DNA of 64,000 nt from Candidatus Saccharimonadales bacterium (GCA_035568495.1 DATMNZ010000057.1:11315-75314), one strand, 5' to 3'; shown: positions 43,472 to 54,436, numbered from the stretch's first letter. Made by a program: numbers and translations. The notes: generated by a model not told the origin, from the sequence alone.

Positions 43472-44647
43472 CTACATCGCCCGCAACGCTTCGATCACCG
43501 GTCTTCGCGCCGCTCGAATTGCCGGAGGCAATCCGCCGAGCAGGCCCATGAGCAATGCGAATCCCAGCCCCAACAGCAGCAGCACCGGAGTTACACGGAA
43601 AGCAAAGGCCAAGTGTGAGAACGTCTGGAAATTCATGGTCCCAGTGGTGAAGCCGTTCAGGGGCAGCACGGCCAGGCCTCCGAGCACGCCACCCATCAGG
43701 GAAATCAACAGTGCTTCGATCGTGAAGGATGTAATCACGCTGGCTTCGCCAAAGCCCAGGGCGCGCATGGTGGCAATTTCACGCGAGCGCTCCGAGACCG
43801 CGGAATACATGGTGTTGAGCGCGCCGAAGATTGCGCCTATGCCCATGACCACGGCAATCAGTGTGCCCAGGATCTCGATCAGCAAGGTGAGGTTGCGCGA
43901 CTGCCGGTCGTAGTAGTCGATCTCACGGCCTACATCGACGGTCATGCGCGGATTCGAAGTCATCGAGTCCTTGAACGTCTGCATGGCATCCGGCGATGTC
44001 AGATGGACTGTGACCGACTGAAATACGCCTTCCCGGCGGTGATAGACCTGATTCAGCACCCGGCTGTCACACCATACTTCGGAATCGAAGGCCGAGCCAT
44101 CGGCGTCGAAGACGCCCACCACAGTCCATGTGTCGCCGCCGAACCGTACCTTATTGCCCAGCGCCAGCCCCGAGTAAGCGCCATCCACATTGCGGCCAAC
44201 CACCAATTCAGTCAGCCCCGGCGTGAAGAAGCGGCCCTGGAACATCTTCACCTTACTGCGGACTTCCAGGACGCGGTTCGAAACGCCGCGCACCTGCACG
44301 TTGGCGTCCGTGCCGGTAGAGCGCAGCGGGAAGGCCGCCACCACCACTACTTCCGGGCTTACCAGCGGCCCGGAGGCATTGCGGGCCACGCCCGGCGCAT
44401 CTTCGATGACTCTTACTTGGTCGAGGGTCACTGCTCCATTGAGTTCAGCATCGGCCCCGGCGCGCATCACTAACAGATTGCCTGCGGAACCGGAAGACAC
44501 CAGGGTGGCCTTGAAGCCACGGGCCAGTGACAACATGGCGACAAATACGCCTACCGTGCCGGCGATGCCCAGCACCGCCACCACGGATGAAGTCCAGCGC
44601 GCCCGCACGCTTCTAAGGTTGTAGATCACAGGAATCGCCATGGTCAC
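43472..44647 (-). CDS. ABC transporter permease, FtsX/MacB-like
   Basis: One N-terminal TM, a large periplasmic domain and a C-terminal FtsX 3-TM bundle (REIATMRALGF...). Overlaps the upstream permease by 4 nt. Confidence 0.88.
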   Translation of the reverse strand: MTMAIPVIYNLRSVRARWTSSVVAVLGIAGTVGVFVAMLSLARGFKATLVSSGSAGNLLVMRAGADAELNGAVTLDQVRVIEDAPGVARNASGPLVSPEVVVVAAFPLRSTGTDANVQVRGVSNRVLEVRSKVKMFQGRFFTPGLTELVVGRNVDGAYSGLALGNKVRFGGDTWTVVGVFDADGSAFDSEVWCDSRVLNQVYHRREGVFQSVTVHLTSPDAMQTFKDSMTSNPRMTVDVGREIDYYDRQSRNLTLLIEILGTLIAVVMGIGAIFGALNTMYSAVSERSREIATMRALGFGEASVITSFTIEALLISLMGGVLGGLAVLPLNGFTTGTMNFQTFSHLAFAFRVTPVLLLLGLGFALLMGLLGGLPPAIRAARRPVIEALRAM

Positions 44648-45786
44648 ACTCTCCGCAAGGCGTTTACGATACGCAGCCGCATCGCGCCCACGGCCGGCAG
44701 CAGGCCGCTGATTGCGCCCACCGCCAGCGCGATGCCCAGTCCGATGCCCACCGATTGCGGAGGCAGAATAAACAGCGGCAGCATCCCATGCGTTGGATCG
44801 CCCATGAGCGTGAACACTTTCGCCAGCCCCAGGCCCAGTGCCGCGCCAACGACTGCAATGGTCAATGATTCGGCCATCACCATCAGCAGCACAAAACGGT
44901 CGGAGAATCCCACGGCCTTCAGAATCGCCAATTCCGCGGTGCGCTCCCGCACCGCGATCGCCATGGTGTTGCCGGTCACCAGAAGCAGAGTGAAAAACAC
45001 AACCGTGCCGATGGCCGTCATCAGGAACCCGATGTTGCCCATCTGTTTCACGAAGCCCAGGGCAAACGATTTTTCCGTGTCGGTATGCGTCTCGTAGGTG
45101 GAATTGGCGAACTGCTCGTCAATCGCCCGGCTGATGCGCAAGGCATCGTCAGGACTGGAGAGTTTGACCGTGTACCAGCCGATGAGACCTTTGGCCTCTA
45201 CGGGCGCACGTTCTTCCAGATATTTAGAGTGGAACCAGAACTGGGTTTCATCGTCGGCCTGGCGCTTGCCCTGGTAGATGCCGTCAATATTGAATTCCCA
45301 GGTCCCGGCATAAATCGTGCCCCGGATGGGGACCCGGTCGCCCACCTTCCATTGAAAGCGTTTCGCCGTGGAAGCGCCGACGATCGCGCCCTGACGGTCA
45401 TTGAGAAAGGCCTTCCACTGGACTTCCGGGACTTCCAATTCAGGAAACACCTGCCGCTGATTTTCATCGTCGATGGCAAACTGCGGAAAGAAATTCTTGG
45501 GATCCTGGTAGATGCCGCCGAACCAACTGTCGAAGGTCACGAGTTTTACGCCCGGCAGCCGCAGGATCTTATCGCGGTAGGAAAACGGCAGGGGCTGAAT
45601 CAGCGAGACGCGATTGATGACCACCAGGCGGTCAACGCCCGCGATTTCCACGCCCTGGCTGAAGGCCCCTTTGACCACGGCCAGCAATCCGAAGAGAAAC
45701 AACGCGACCGCGAAAGAACCAATGGTCAAAGCCAGCCGCAGCTTCTTGCGGAAGAGATTGGCGAAGATCAAGCCCCGGAATTTCAT
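44644..45786 (-). CDS. ABC transporter permease, FtsX/MacB-like
   Basis: Same architecture (RERTAELAILKAVGF...). 4-nt overlaps with both neighbours. Confidence 0.88.
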   Translation of the reverse strand: MKFRGLIFANLFRKKLRLALTIGSFAVALFLFGLLAVVKGAFSQGVEIAGVDRLVVINRVSLIQPLPFSYRDKILRLPGVKLVTFDSWFGGIYQDPKNFFPQFAIDDENQRQVFPELEVPEVQWKAFLNDRQGAIVGASTAKRFQWKVGDRVPIRGTIYAGTWEFNIDGIYQGKRQADDETQFWFHSKYLEERAPVEAKGLIGWYTVKLSSPDDALRISRAIDEQFANSTYETHTDTEKSFALGFVKQMGNIGFLMTAIGTVVFFTLLLVTGNTMAIAVRERTAELAILKAVGFSDRFVLLMVMAESLTIAVVGAALGLGLAKVFTLMGDPTHGMLPLFILPPQSVGIGLGIALAVGAISGLLPAVGAMRLRIVNALRRV

Positions 45787-46505
45787 GCTGCGCCTCCCGC
45801 GCCGGCTTCGACCAGCACTCCCTTGTCGAGGTGCAGGGTGACATCGGCGCGGCGGGCCGCCACCGGATCATGCGTGACCATCAGCACGGTCTTGCCGTGC
45901 TGCTTCACCAGTTGCTGAATGAGGTCCATGGTCCCATCGGCGCTTTTGCGGTCGAGATCGCCGGTGGGCTCGTCACAGAGCAGGAAGGTAGGGTCGGAAA
46001 CAATGGCCCGCGCGATGGTGACCCGCTGCTCCTGTCCGCCGGAAAGCTGCCGCGGGTAGTGGTCCATGCGGTCGGCCAGCCCGACCACGCCCAGGGCGGT
46101 CTCAACGTGCCGGCGGCGTTCGGCCTTCGACAGACTGGTGAGCAGCAGCGGCAGTTCCACGTTCTGAAAGGCGGTGAGCACTGGAATCAGGTTGTACATC
46201 TGAAAGATAAAGCCCACGTGCCGTGCCCGCCACTTCGTGAGCCGGCCGCTCGACATATGTGTGATCTCATCGCCGGCCACCACCACCTGGCCGGAGGAGG
46301 GTACATCCAGGCCGCCGAGCAGGTTGAGCAACGTGGTCTTGCCCGAGCCGCTGGGGCCCATGAAGGCCACAAAGTCGCCTTTATCCACATCGAGATTCAG
46401 GCCCTGAAGTACGTGGATCTCTTCCCCACCCCGCTGGTATTTTTTGTCGAGGCCTCTGACCCTGATCAAGCTCGAAGAATCGCCGCGTCCGTCGACTCGA
46501 ACCAT
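45783..46505 (-). CDS. ABC transporter ATP-binding protein (MacB/LolD-like)
   Basis: Walker [10 protein letters not shown], signature LSGGQEQR, Walker [12 protein letters not shown]. Confidence 0.93.
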   Translation of the reverse strand: MVRVDGRGDSSSLIRVRGLDKKYQRGGEEIHVLQGLNLDVDKGDFVAFMGPSGSGKTTLLNLLGGLDVPSSGQVVVAGDEITHMSSGRLTKWRARHVGFIFQMYNLIPVLTAFQNVELPLLLTSLSKAERRRHVETALGVVGLADRMDHYPRQLSGGQEQRVTIARAIVSDPTFLLCDEPTGDLDRKSADGTMDLIQQLVKQHGKTVLMVTHDPVAARRADVTLHLDKGVLVEAGAGGAA

Positions 46506-46517
46506 GTCCCGTCTCCT

Positions 46518-47762
46518 CTACTGCTTAATTTCCACTGCCTGGCCTTCCCGTAAATCCGCGCCACCGCGTACGACCAGCGACTCCCCCGGAGAGACGCCGG
46601 CCAGCACTTCGACGTCGTCACCATGTTGTGCGCCCAGGTTCACCGCCCGCCGTTCCACCTTGCCGTCATGTACTACGAAGACTATTTTCTGTCCTGCGTC
46701 ATCGCGCACCGTGCTTCCGGGAATGACGGCCCTGGCAGGATTGGTCTTCTGTTCACCGGCCACTGGTTGGTCGCTCAGGAAGGCCACCTTAACTCCCATA
46801 TCCGGCAGAATGCGCGGATCCAGTTGGTCGAAGGAAACCCGCACTTTGACCGTCGCCTTTTGCCGGTCGGCCGTAGGAATGACCGTGCGCACCTTCGCGG
46901 GTATCTGCCATTCCGGATAAGCATCGAGCGTGGCCAGGACTTTCTGTTGCGGCTTGACGCGGGCTATGTACGACTCGTTGACGTCGACCTCAACTTCAAT
47001 CGAATTCATGTCGACCACCGTGGCGATGCCTGTGCGGGTAAACCCGCCGCCCGCGGAGACCGGCGAAACGATCTCGCCACGCTGGGCGTCTTTGGTGACC
47101 ACAACGCCGTCAAATGGCGCGCGCACCGTGCAGTTTTCCACGTCCTGCCCGGCCACGCCAATTTTGGCCCCCGCCGCGCGCACCTGTTCTTTGGTCAGCG
47201 CAATCTTAGACCGCAGACTGTCGGCCGTGGTGCGGGCGGCGTCCAGCGCTTGCTGGCTGTTGACCCCGGCTTCCCGCAGGGCTTGGGCCCGTGATAACTC
47301 CCGATCGGCATTGGCCAACTGCACTTCCAGGTCGGCTCCGGCGGCTGCGATCGCGTCACGGTCCGTGCGCGCCGAAGTCAGGGTCGCATTGGGCTGGGAG
47401 CAATCGAGCAGGGCCAGCACCTGGCCGGCCCGTACGCGCAGGCCTTCCTCGGCGTAAATCTGTTCCACTCGCCCGGTAACTTTGGCGGCCACCGTGGCCC
47501 GGCGTCTGGGGGTCACGTATCCGCTGGCATTGAGCAGGGCGGTGGCGCGGGCGTCGCCCGCCGGACGGGCAGCCGCTACTTCAACCACCTTCTTCTGTCC
47601 GCGAAAAGCAAGCAGCACCAGCACCACCACGACTAGCGCCAGCACGGTCCCTGCGATCATCGCCAGGCGACCGCCCCGGCCTGCGGGCTTGCGCGCCTGA
47701 GGGTCGATTCTCAGCGAAGACAGATCATAACTGCGGGATGATGGGTCTATGCTCATGGCCAT
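46518..47762 (-). CDS. Efflux transporter periplasmic adaptor (HlyD/MacA family)
   Basis: N-terminal TM anchor, coiled-coil hairpin region and beta-barrel C-terminus. First gene of the adaptor-ATPase-permease-permease operon. Confidence 0.85.
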   Translation of the reverse strand: MAMSIDPSSRSYDLSSLRIDPQARKPAGRGGRLAMIAGTVLALVVVVLVLLAFRGQKKVVEVAAARPAGDARATALLNASGYVTPRRRATVAAKVTGRVEQIYAEEGLRVRAGQVLALLDCSQPNATLTSARTDRDAIAAAGADLEVQLANADRELSRAQALREAGVNSQQALDAARTTADSLRSKIALTKEQVRAAGAKIGVAGQDVENCTVRAPFDGVVVTKDAQRGEIVSPVSAGGGFTRTGIATVVDMNSIEVEVDVNESYIARVKPQQKVLATLDAYPEWQIPAKVRTVIPTADRQKATVKVRVSFDQLDPRILPDMGVKVAFLSDQPVAGEQKTNPARAVIPGSTVRDDAGQKIVFVVHDGKVERRAVNLGAQHGDDVEVLAGVSPGESLVVRGGADLREGQAVEIKQ

Positions 47763-47991
47763 GCACGGCGATCAGGGGAAATGATATTCGCTCGCCGCCG
47801 GAGAATTCATTCAATACTTTATGTAGATCTGTCTTGGCTGTTTGCCCTGGAGGCACAAGTCGTGCTTCTATCGTACAACAGGAATCGCAGCCCTTGCGAT
47901 TCTGTTGCCCGCCTTGTCGAAGTTGCTCTCAAGATGTGAAGCATTCCGTCTTGCCGATTGCCAAATTTCCTCGTCTATTACAATCTTTCCA

Positions 47992-49299
47992 GTGGAACTC
48001 CCCTTCAACATTGAAGCCGAGGCCGGCCCAGCGCGCGCCGGGCAAATCGTTACGGCCCATGGGCCGGTGGATACGCCTGTGTTCATGCCGGTCGGCACAC
48101 AGGCGACGGTGAAGGGTGTGCCGCAGGATGCGCTGGAAGATCTGAGTGCGCAGATTGTTCTGAGCAATACATATCATTTGTATCTTCGTCCGGGGCATGA
48201 GTTGATACGCGGTATGGGCGGGCTGCACCGGTTCATGAGTTGGGAGCGGGCGGTCTTGACGGATTCCGGGGGGTTCCAGGTATTCAGTCTTGGATCCCGG
48301 CGGGTTGGAAAAAGACAATCCACTGCAAAGTACGCTGCGGACGCGAAGGAAGAGCCGGAAGAAGAAAAGGAATTTGAAAAGAACTTGGTCCGCGTTACCG
48401 AAGAGGGTGCGCATTTCCGGTCGCATGTGGATGGATCGTCCCATTTGTTTACGCCTGAGCGGTCGATGGAAATTCAGATTGCCCTGGGCGGCGACATTAT
48501 CATGGCCTTTGACGAGTGTACGGAGACTCCGGCGACCCGGGAGCGGACACAGCAGTCGATGGAATTGACGCTGCGCTGGGCGCGGCGCTCGAAAGATTAT
48601 TTCGAGGCGCACAAGCACGAAGTTCCATGGGCCGGACAACCCGGCGGAAAGCCCAACGGGAAGCAGGGCGGCCTTGGGCAGGCTTTGCCCCCGCCGGCGG
48701 GTGATGACGGCACACGGCCTTTTTTTCCACGGCAGCAGGCGCTGTTTGGCATTGTGCAGGGTGGCATGTTTTCCGATCTGCGGCGCGAATCGGCTTTGCG
48801 CACGGTGGAGCTTGATTTTTCCGGATATGCGATTGGGGGGCTGAGTGTGGGTGAATCGCGGGAAAAGACCATGGAAATGATCGCCGCGGTCTTGGAGGTA
48901 TTACCGAAGGACAAGCCGCGCTATGTGATGGGCGTGGGGTTTCCGGAGGAGATTACCGCGTACGCCGCCATGGGCGTGGACATGATGGATTGCGTACTGC
49001 CCACGCGGGCGGCGAGGCATGGGCTGCTTTTTACGGCAGAGGGCCGGTTGAACATCAAAAACGCCGGTTTTTCCCAGGACCAGGGTCCCATTGACTCAAA
49101 ATGCGGCTGCCAGGTGTGCGCACGTTACAGCCGGGCGTATCTCCGGCATCTTTTTACGGCGGGGGAGCCCCTGGCCGGGGCCCTTAACTCCATACACAAT
49201 CTTTGGTTCTACCTTGACACCATGCGGGCGGTGCGTCATGCTATACGACTTGGGGATATCTCAGGGATTCCAGCAGGCAGTGCGCCGTCGAACATGTAG
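47992..49299 (+). CDS. tgt: tRNA-guanine transglycosylase (queuine tRNA-ribosyltransferase) with two low-complexity insertions
   Basis: GPVDTPVFMPVGTQATVKG, LTDSGGFQVFSL, FGIVQGG, GYAIGGLSVGE and the Zn motif CGCQVC...H. Probable GTG start at 47992, because the upstream part of the track ORF has no Tgt similarity. Confidence 0.9.
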   Translation: MELPFNIEAEAGPARAGQIVTAHGPVDTPVFMPVGTQATVKGVPQDALEDLSAQIVLSNTYHLYLRPGHELIRGMGGLHRFMSWERAVLTDSGGFQVFSLGSRRVGKRQSTAKYAADAKEEPEEEKEFEKNLVRVTEEGAHFRSHVDGSSHLFTPERSMEIQIALGGDIIMAFDECTETPATRERTQQSMELTLRWARRSKDYFEAHKHEVPWAGQPGGKPNGKQGGLGQALPPPAGDDGTRPFFPRQQALFGIVQGGMFSDLRRESALRTVELDFSGYAIGGLSVGESREKTMEMIAAVLEVLPKDKPRYVMGVGFPEEITAYAAMGVDMMDCVLPTRAARHGLLFTAEGRLNIKNAGFSQDQGPIDSKCGCQVCARYSRAYLRHLFTAGEPLAGALNSIHNLWFYLDTMRAVRHAIRLGDISGIPAGSAPSNM

Positions 49300-49455
49300 C
49301 CTGAGTTCCCCATGATACGTCGCCAGAAGACCTCCCAATTACTTCGGTATCCACGCCGTGCCGAAGGCCCCGGGCGGAATTCATCAGCGGTACCAATCGT
49401 GTAAGGAATCTCCCAGAGGGAGATGCGCGCTTATTTTGACCGTTTAAAAAACTCA

Positions 49456-49791
49456 ATGATCCATCATCAACTCAGCTTATTTATCTTTCAGGGCGGCAGC
49501 TCACCCGGTATGTCGATCTGGGCGATGGGGCCGTTGCTGGCCATGTTCGCCATTTTTTATCTGTTCCTCATTCTTCCGCAGCAGAAAAAGCAGAAACGCT
49601 GGCAGGAAATGGTGAACAACCTGAAGACGGGTGATAAGGTGATCACCTCAGGCGGAATTCGCGGGGCGATTATCGCGGTGAAAGACGATGCCCTGCATCT
49701 GCGCGTGCCGCCGGACAATCTACGCCTGGAAGTGGCGAAATCGGCGGTGGTTTCCGTGGCCCGGGAAGATGTGGCGCCCGAGAAGAAATAG
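49456..49791 (+). CDS. yajC: Preprotein translocase subunit YajC
   Basis: Single TM (LLAMFAIFYLFLILPQQKKQK) and KTGDKVITSGGIRG. The start is ambiguous: 49456 or 49510. Confidence 0.8.
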   Translation: MIHHQLSLFIFQGGSSPGMSIWAMGPLLAMFAIFYLFLILPQQKKQKRWQEMVNNLKTGDKVITSGGIRGAIIAVKDDALHLRVPPDNLRLEVAKSAVVSVAREDVAPEKK

Positions 49792-49827
49792 CGTTATCGC
49801 GGAATTGGAAATCTGGAATTCAAGCAA

Positions 49828-51483
49828 ATGCAGAAGAACATACCACTCAAAATCGTCCTCATCGTGGCCATCATGCTGGTCTTTACGGCCCTGATTTTTC
49901 TGGGCAACCCCAGCGACTGGCCAGTCAGCGTGGGCGCCATCAAGCAGCGCGGTCTGCTGGGGGGCCTGCAGGAGAGCATCCACCTCGGATTGGACTTGCA
50001 GGGCGGCGCCCATTTCATCTATCAGGTGAAGGTCAACGAAGCGATCAGCTCCCAGTCGGATGGGGCGGTCGAATTGCTGAATGAAGAATTCGTGAAGGCC
50101 AAGGTGGCCGTCGCGGAAATCAGCAAGCCGGACGCGGTCAACGATCCTGACCTGATTGTCATCAAAGGTCTCACCGGCAATGGCCTGAGCGAGTTGAACC
50201 GCATCGTGAATGAGCGATTGCCGGACTATTCGGCCCCGTCCCGAGGCGCTGAAGGCACGTACCTTCTCAGGATGAAACAGACCGATCTGAACAACCTCAA
50301 GAACCGGACGGTGGACCAGTCGATCATTGCGATTCGCAATCGAATCGATACCCTGGGCGTAAGGGAGCCGATCATCCAGCAGCACGGCCTGGGTGACTAC
50401 CAGATTCTGATTCAATTGCCGGGCGCCGACGACACGGCCAGGATCCGCGATTTAATTCAGAAAACCGCGCGGCTGGAAGTGCGGCAGGTGTTTCGGACGG
50501 CCAGCGGATTTTCCAGCGAGCAGGAAGCGCTAACCGCGTTCAGCAACATCCTGCCGCCTAACACTACGCTCATGCGCGGCCATGATTTCACCACCCGCCA
50601 AGATCGCGTCTATGTCGTGGCGAAGTCACTGGTGGTCGGCGGTACCGATCTCAAGAGTGCGGAAACCAGCCTGGACCGAAACGGCCAACCGGAAGTGGTT
50701 TTTCATCTGACGGTGGGCGCGGGAAAGAAGTTCACAAGTTTTACCGGCGCGCATAATGAGGAAAATGGCACCCCCGATCCTTACTTGGCCATTATTCTTG
50801 ACAATGAAGTGCGGGAAGCGGCATCCATCAAGACTGAGATCGGCGATACGGTATCGATCACCGGCGGTTTTGACCCGGAAAAGGCCCGCGATTTGGCGAC
50901 GCTACTCAATTCCGGCTCCCTGCCGGCCAGCCTGGTGAATATCGAAGAACGCACCGTGGGGGCTTCTCTGGGCGCCGATTCTATACGTCATGGCATCCAG
51001 GCGGCCATCTTTGGCATGGCGGCGGTGATGGTCTTCATGCTGGTGTATTACCGTTTTTCCGGCGTGAACGCCAATCTGGCGCTGATTCTCAACTTGGTCA
51101 TCCTGCTGGGATTTCTGGGAGTGAGTGGCGCATCGCTGACCTTGCCGGGAATTGCCGGCGTGATCCTCACGGTGGGCATGGGTGTGGATTCCAATGTGCT
51201 GATTTTTGAGCGTATCCGTGAAGAGCTGCGGAATGGAAAGGCCCCGCCGGCGGCCGTGGACCAGGGCTTCGGGCGCGCCTGGTTGACCATTATCGATACG
51301 CACGTTACGACCATCGTTTCCGCGGCCATTCTGATATTGTTTGGCACCGGGCCGGTGCGCGGATTTGCCATCACCCTGATTTTCGGCCTGCTGGCCAACT
51401 TGTTTACCGCAGTGTTTGTTTCAAGAGTCATTTTCGATGCGATCCTGGGCCGCAAAGACCGCGGTGAGGCGCTGAGCATTTAG
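49828..51483 (+). CDS. secD: Protein translocase subunit SecD
   Basis: LGLDLQGG motif, a large periplasmic domain and a C-terminal 5-TM bundle with GIAGVILTVGMGVDSNVLIFERIREE. Confidence 0.93.
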   Translation: MQKNIPLKIVLIVAIMLVFTALIFLGNPSDWPVSVGAIKQRGLLGGLQESIHLGLDLQGGAHFIYQVKVNEAISSQSDGAVELLNEEFVKAKVAVAEISKPDAVNDPDLIVIKGLTGNGLSELNRIVNERLPDYSAPSRGAEGTYLLRMKQTDLNNLKNRTVDQSIIAIRNRIDTLGVREPIIQQHGLGDYQILIQLPGADDTARIRDLIQKTARLEVRQVFRTASGFSSEQEALTAFSNILPPNTTLMRGHDFTTRQDRVYVVAKSLVVGGTDLKSAETSLDRNGQPEVVFHLTVGAGKKFTSFTGAHNEENGTPDPYLAIILDNEVREAASIKTEIGDTVSITGGFDPEKARDLATLLNSGSLPASLVNIEERTVGASLGADSIRHGIQAAIFGMAAVMVFMLVYYRFSGVNANLALILNLVILLGFLGVSGASLTLPGIAGVILTVGMGVDSNVLIFERIREELRNGKAPPAAVDQGFGRAWLTIIDTHVTTIVSAAILILFGTGPVRGFAITLIFGLLANLFTAVFVSRVIFDAILGRKDRGEALSI

Positions 51484-51500
51484 CGAAGGAAACTTATAAC

Positions 51501-52697
51501 GTGGAATTTTTTCGCAATACAAGCATAGATTTCCTGGGCAAGAAATGGATCTTCCTCGGCTTTTCGCTGATCTTCAGCGTGGCCGGCCTGCTCTCGATTT
51601 TTTTCTGGCATGGCATGCCCTGGGGCGTTGACTTCCGGCAAGGAACTCTGGTCTACGTGAAATTTGTAGACCGTCCGAATGAAGCTGAGATCCGGGCGGC
51701 GCTGTACCGCGTGGGGCTGCGCAACGTGCGCTTGCAGCGCTACGATACGGCGGCCAAAAACTCGGAGCTGATCGACCTGCCACAGCGGGCCGAATCGGGC
51801 GCCGATGTTACCCATGATCGCAATCTGACCATTCAGGCATTGAGCGGCGCTACGGCGCAGGGCAAGCAGGATTTGAACAACGTTGGCGCCAGTACGGTGC
51901 GGGATGAGCTGATCACCCGCGATCCCGTACACGCGGCCCCCCAGGAGTACGAACGGCTTGCGCACCAGATCGTCGATTTTCGCGACAAGCAACGCGACGG
52001 CCTGTTCCGGAATGTGGAGGAGGCGCAGCAGTCCGGTGTCCCGGCGGCCATTGTCGATGCCCTCAAGCAGGCCTTCTATACCAGCAACTTCCATGTATTC
52101 AACGCGGAAATCGTAGGGCCGCAGGTGGGCGATCAGTTGAGGAAGCAGGCCCTGTATGCGACTTTATATTCCCTTGCGGGAATGCTGGTGTATCTCTGGT
52201 TCCGTTTTGAAATGATCTATGGCGTGGCGGCGGTGGTGGCGGTGGTGCATGACACATTAATTACAGTGGGCGCATTCTCCTTGACGAATACCGATATAAC
52301 GCTTACTGTTATCGCCGCGATCCTTACGCTGATTGGTTACTCGATGAACGACACCATCGTGGTGTTCGACCGCATACGGGAAAACATTAAGATCATGCGG
52401 CGGGAAAGCCTGGCGGAGATAGTCAATCGAAGTATCAATCAGACATTAAGCCGGACTATTCTAACCTCGGGTCTGACTTTTCTGACGGTGCTTTCGCTGT
52501 ATCTCTTTGGTGGAGAAGTACTTCATGGATTTTCTCTGGCCCTGGTGATCGGCATTCTGATCGGCACCTATTCGTCGATTGCCGTAGCCGCACCCATGCT
52601 GGTTGCCTATCAGGAATCGCGTGGACAGCGGCTGGGAGGCAGTCCGGCTCCGGTACCGGCGCAGGATGCGAAAGGCAAGGTTCGCGTTAAGGCTTAA
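51501..52697 (+). CDS. secF: Protein translocase subunit SecF (with extended periplasmic insert)
   Basis: GVDFRQGT motif and C-terminal TMs with LIGYSMNDTIVVFDRIREN. GTG start. Confidence 0.9.
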   Translation: MEFFRNTSIDFLGKKWIFLGFSLIFSVAGLLSIFFWHGMPWGVDFRQGTLVYVKFVDRPNEAEIRAALYRVGLRNVRLQRYDTAAKNSELIDLPQRAESGADVTHDRNLTIQALSGATAQGKQDLNNVGASTVRDELITRDPVHAAPQEYERLAHQIVDFRDKQRDGLFRNVEEAQQSGVPAAIVDALKQAFYTSNFHVFNAEIVGPQVGDQLRKQALYATLYSLAGMLVYLWFRFEMIYGVAAVVAVVHDTLITVGAFSLTNTDITLTVIAAILTLIGYSMNDTIVVFDRIRENIKIMRRESLAEIVNRSINQTLSRTILTSGLTFLTVLSLYLFGGEVLHGFSLALVIGILIGTYSSIAVAAPMLVAYQESRGQRLGGSPAPVPAQDAKGKVRVKA

Positions 52698-52780
52698 ATT
52701 ATTAGGGGCCGGCCGGGAGCAAAAAAGGCCTGGGCGGTGTCCAATATATTTGAAGAGACTCCGGCTGAGTGGAGGGCGGC

Positions 52781-53497
52781 ATGTTTGAAGACAGCTTAAT
52801 GGAATCCGGCGGCATGATCCACACGCATCAGAAGTGGACTGTGCTGATATCGACCCTAGTGCAGTTGCTCGGAGTAGGCGTTCTAATCCTGCTGCCGCTG
52901 TTTTACCTGGAAGCCCTGCCCAAGGGCCAACTATTGACCTTCCTGGTGGCCCCGCCGCCGCCACCGCCACCGCCTCCTCCAGCACCGCCCGTGATTCAAC
53001 ATGTGCAGCGGGTCAGCGAAATCGTGAACGGCGAGTTGCGCACGCCCAGCAAGATCCCCAAAATTGCCAAGAAGATCGTTGAAGACGAAGCGCCGCCACC
53101 GCCGACCGGGGTGACGGGCGGGGTCTTGGGTGGCGTACCCGGCGGATCGGCCGGCGGCGTGATTGGCGGCATTATCGGTTCGACTGCGGCCCCGCCCAAG
53201 GTGGCGGCTCCGACGAAACTGCGGATTTCCCAGGGCGTGCTCGACGGCAACCGCATCAAAGATGTACAGCCAATTTATCCCAACATGGCGAAGGTAGCGC
53301 ATGTGCAGGGCGATGTGGTGTTGCGGGCGACCATCAGCAAAACCGGGGCGATTGAAAACCTCCAGGCCATCAGCGGTCATGCGCTCCTCATTCCAGCGGC
53401 CATAGACGCGGTGAAGCAGTGGCGGTACAAACCCTGGGTGCTCAACAATGAGGCGGTCGAAGTTGACACAGTCATCACGGTGAAGTTCCACATGTAA
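52781..53497 (+). CDS. tonB: Energy transducer TonB
   Basis: N-terminal TM, a Pro-rich spacer (APPPPPPPPPPAPP) and a C-terminal TonB_C domain (QPIYPNMAKVAHVQGDVVLRATISKTGAIENL). Confidence 0.88.
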   Translation: MFEDSLMESGGMIHTHQKWTVLISTLVQLLGVGVLILLPLFYLEALPKGQLLTFLVAPPPPPPPPPPAPPVIQHVQRVSEIVNGELRTPSKIPKIAKKIVEDEAPPPPTGVTGGVLGGVPGGSAGGVIGGIIGSTAAPPKVAAPTKLRISQGVLDGNRIKDVQPIYPNMAKVAHVQGDVVLRATISKTGAIENLQAISGHALLIPAAIDAVKQWRYKPWVLNNEAVEVDTVITVKFHM

Positions 53498-53674
53498 TTT
53501 CCGGATCTTTTCATGGCGAAGACAGCGCAACTGCTTGCTGTCGCTTTAGACAAACCAGGCAGGGGTATTTTTGAGAAGCATCCGGCCTTGGCGCATAGCG
53601 CAGCGGATTCGAGTGGTTTGGTGTCTGCCGGAAGAATAGTTTTAAAAGTTTCCTGAGGAGGAAAAGATAAACTC

Positions 53675-54436
53675 ATGTTTGTAGCGAATCTTGCAACTCT
53701 TATGCTGGCCAAAGCGCAACTGCTGGCTGTCTGGATGTTCCAGACGGATGATTCCGGTGTAGGCTGGGACCCCGTTCACCTGTGGCAGCAGATGGGCTGG
53801 CTGGCCCGGGGCGTCGTGATCATTCTCTTCGTCATGTCCGCCTGGTCGATCGGCGTCATGATCGACCGCTGGATCGCGTTCAACGCCGCCCGCAAACAAT
53901 CGCGCATGTTCGCGCCCGCAGTCGCCGGCGCTCTGCGTGAAGGCAAGCTCGACGAAGCCATCCGCGTGGCCGAGCGCAATAAAAAGAGCCACCTGGCCAA
54001 AGTGGTGACCGCCGGTCTACAGGAGTTCAAGGCCCACACCGACTCCACGGAAATTCCGGGTGAACAGATCGAAGCCAGCAAACGCGCCCTGGAGCGCGCC
54101 GAAGCCATTGTCCACGCGGAACTGAAGCGCGGTCTGGGCGGCCTGGCCACCATCGGTTCCACTGCGCCGTTCGTAGGATTGTTCGGCACGGTAATCGGCA
54201 TCCTGAACGCTTTCCAGAAGATTTCGCAACAGAAGGCCACCGGTCTGGCGGCCGTCGCCGGCGGAATCTCGGAAGCGCTGGTAACTACCGCCCTGGGACT
54301 GCTCGTGGCCATTCCCGCCGTCATGATGTTCAACTACTTCACCGGCAAGGTCGAAGCTTTTGACGTCGAGATGGACAACTCCTCCAGCGAACTGGTGGAT
54401 TATTTCCTGAAAAGAACCAGCATGGCCCGCCGCTAG
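53675..54436 (+). CDS. exbB: MotA/TolQ/ExbB proton channel family protein
   Basis: LATIGSTAPFVGLFGTVIGILNAF and GGISEALVTTALGLLVAIPA signature helices. Confidence 0.9.
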   Translation: MFVANLATLMLAKAQLLAVWMFQTDDSGVGWDPVHLWQQMGWLARGVVIILFVMSAWSIGVMIDRWIAFNAARKQSRMFAPAVAGALREGKLDEAIRVAERNKKSHLAKVVTAGLQEFKAHTDSTEIPGEQIEASKRALERAEAIVHAELKRGLGGLATIGSTAPFVGLFGTVIGILNAFQKISQQKATGLAAVAGGISEALVTTALGLLVAIPAVMMFNYFTGKVEAFDVEMDNSSSELVDYFLKRTSMARR

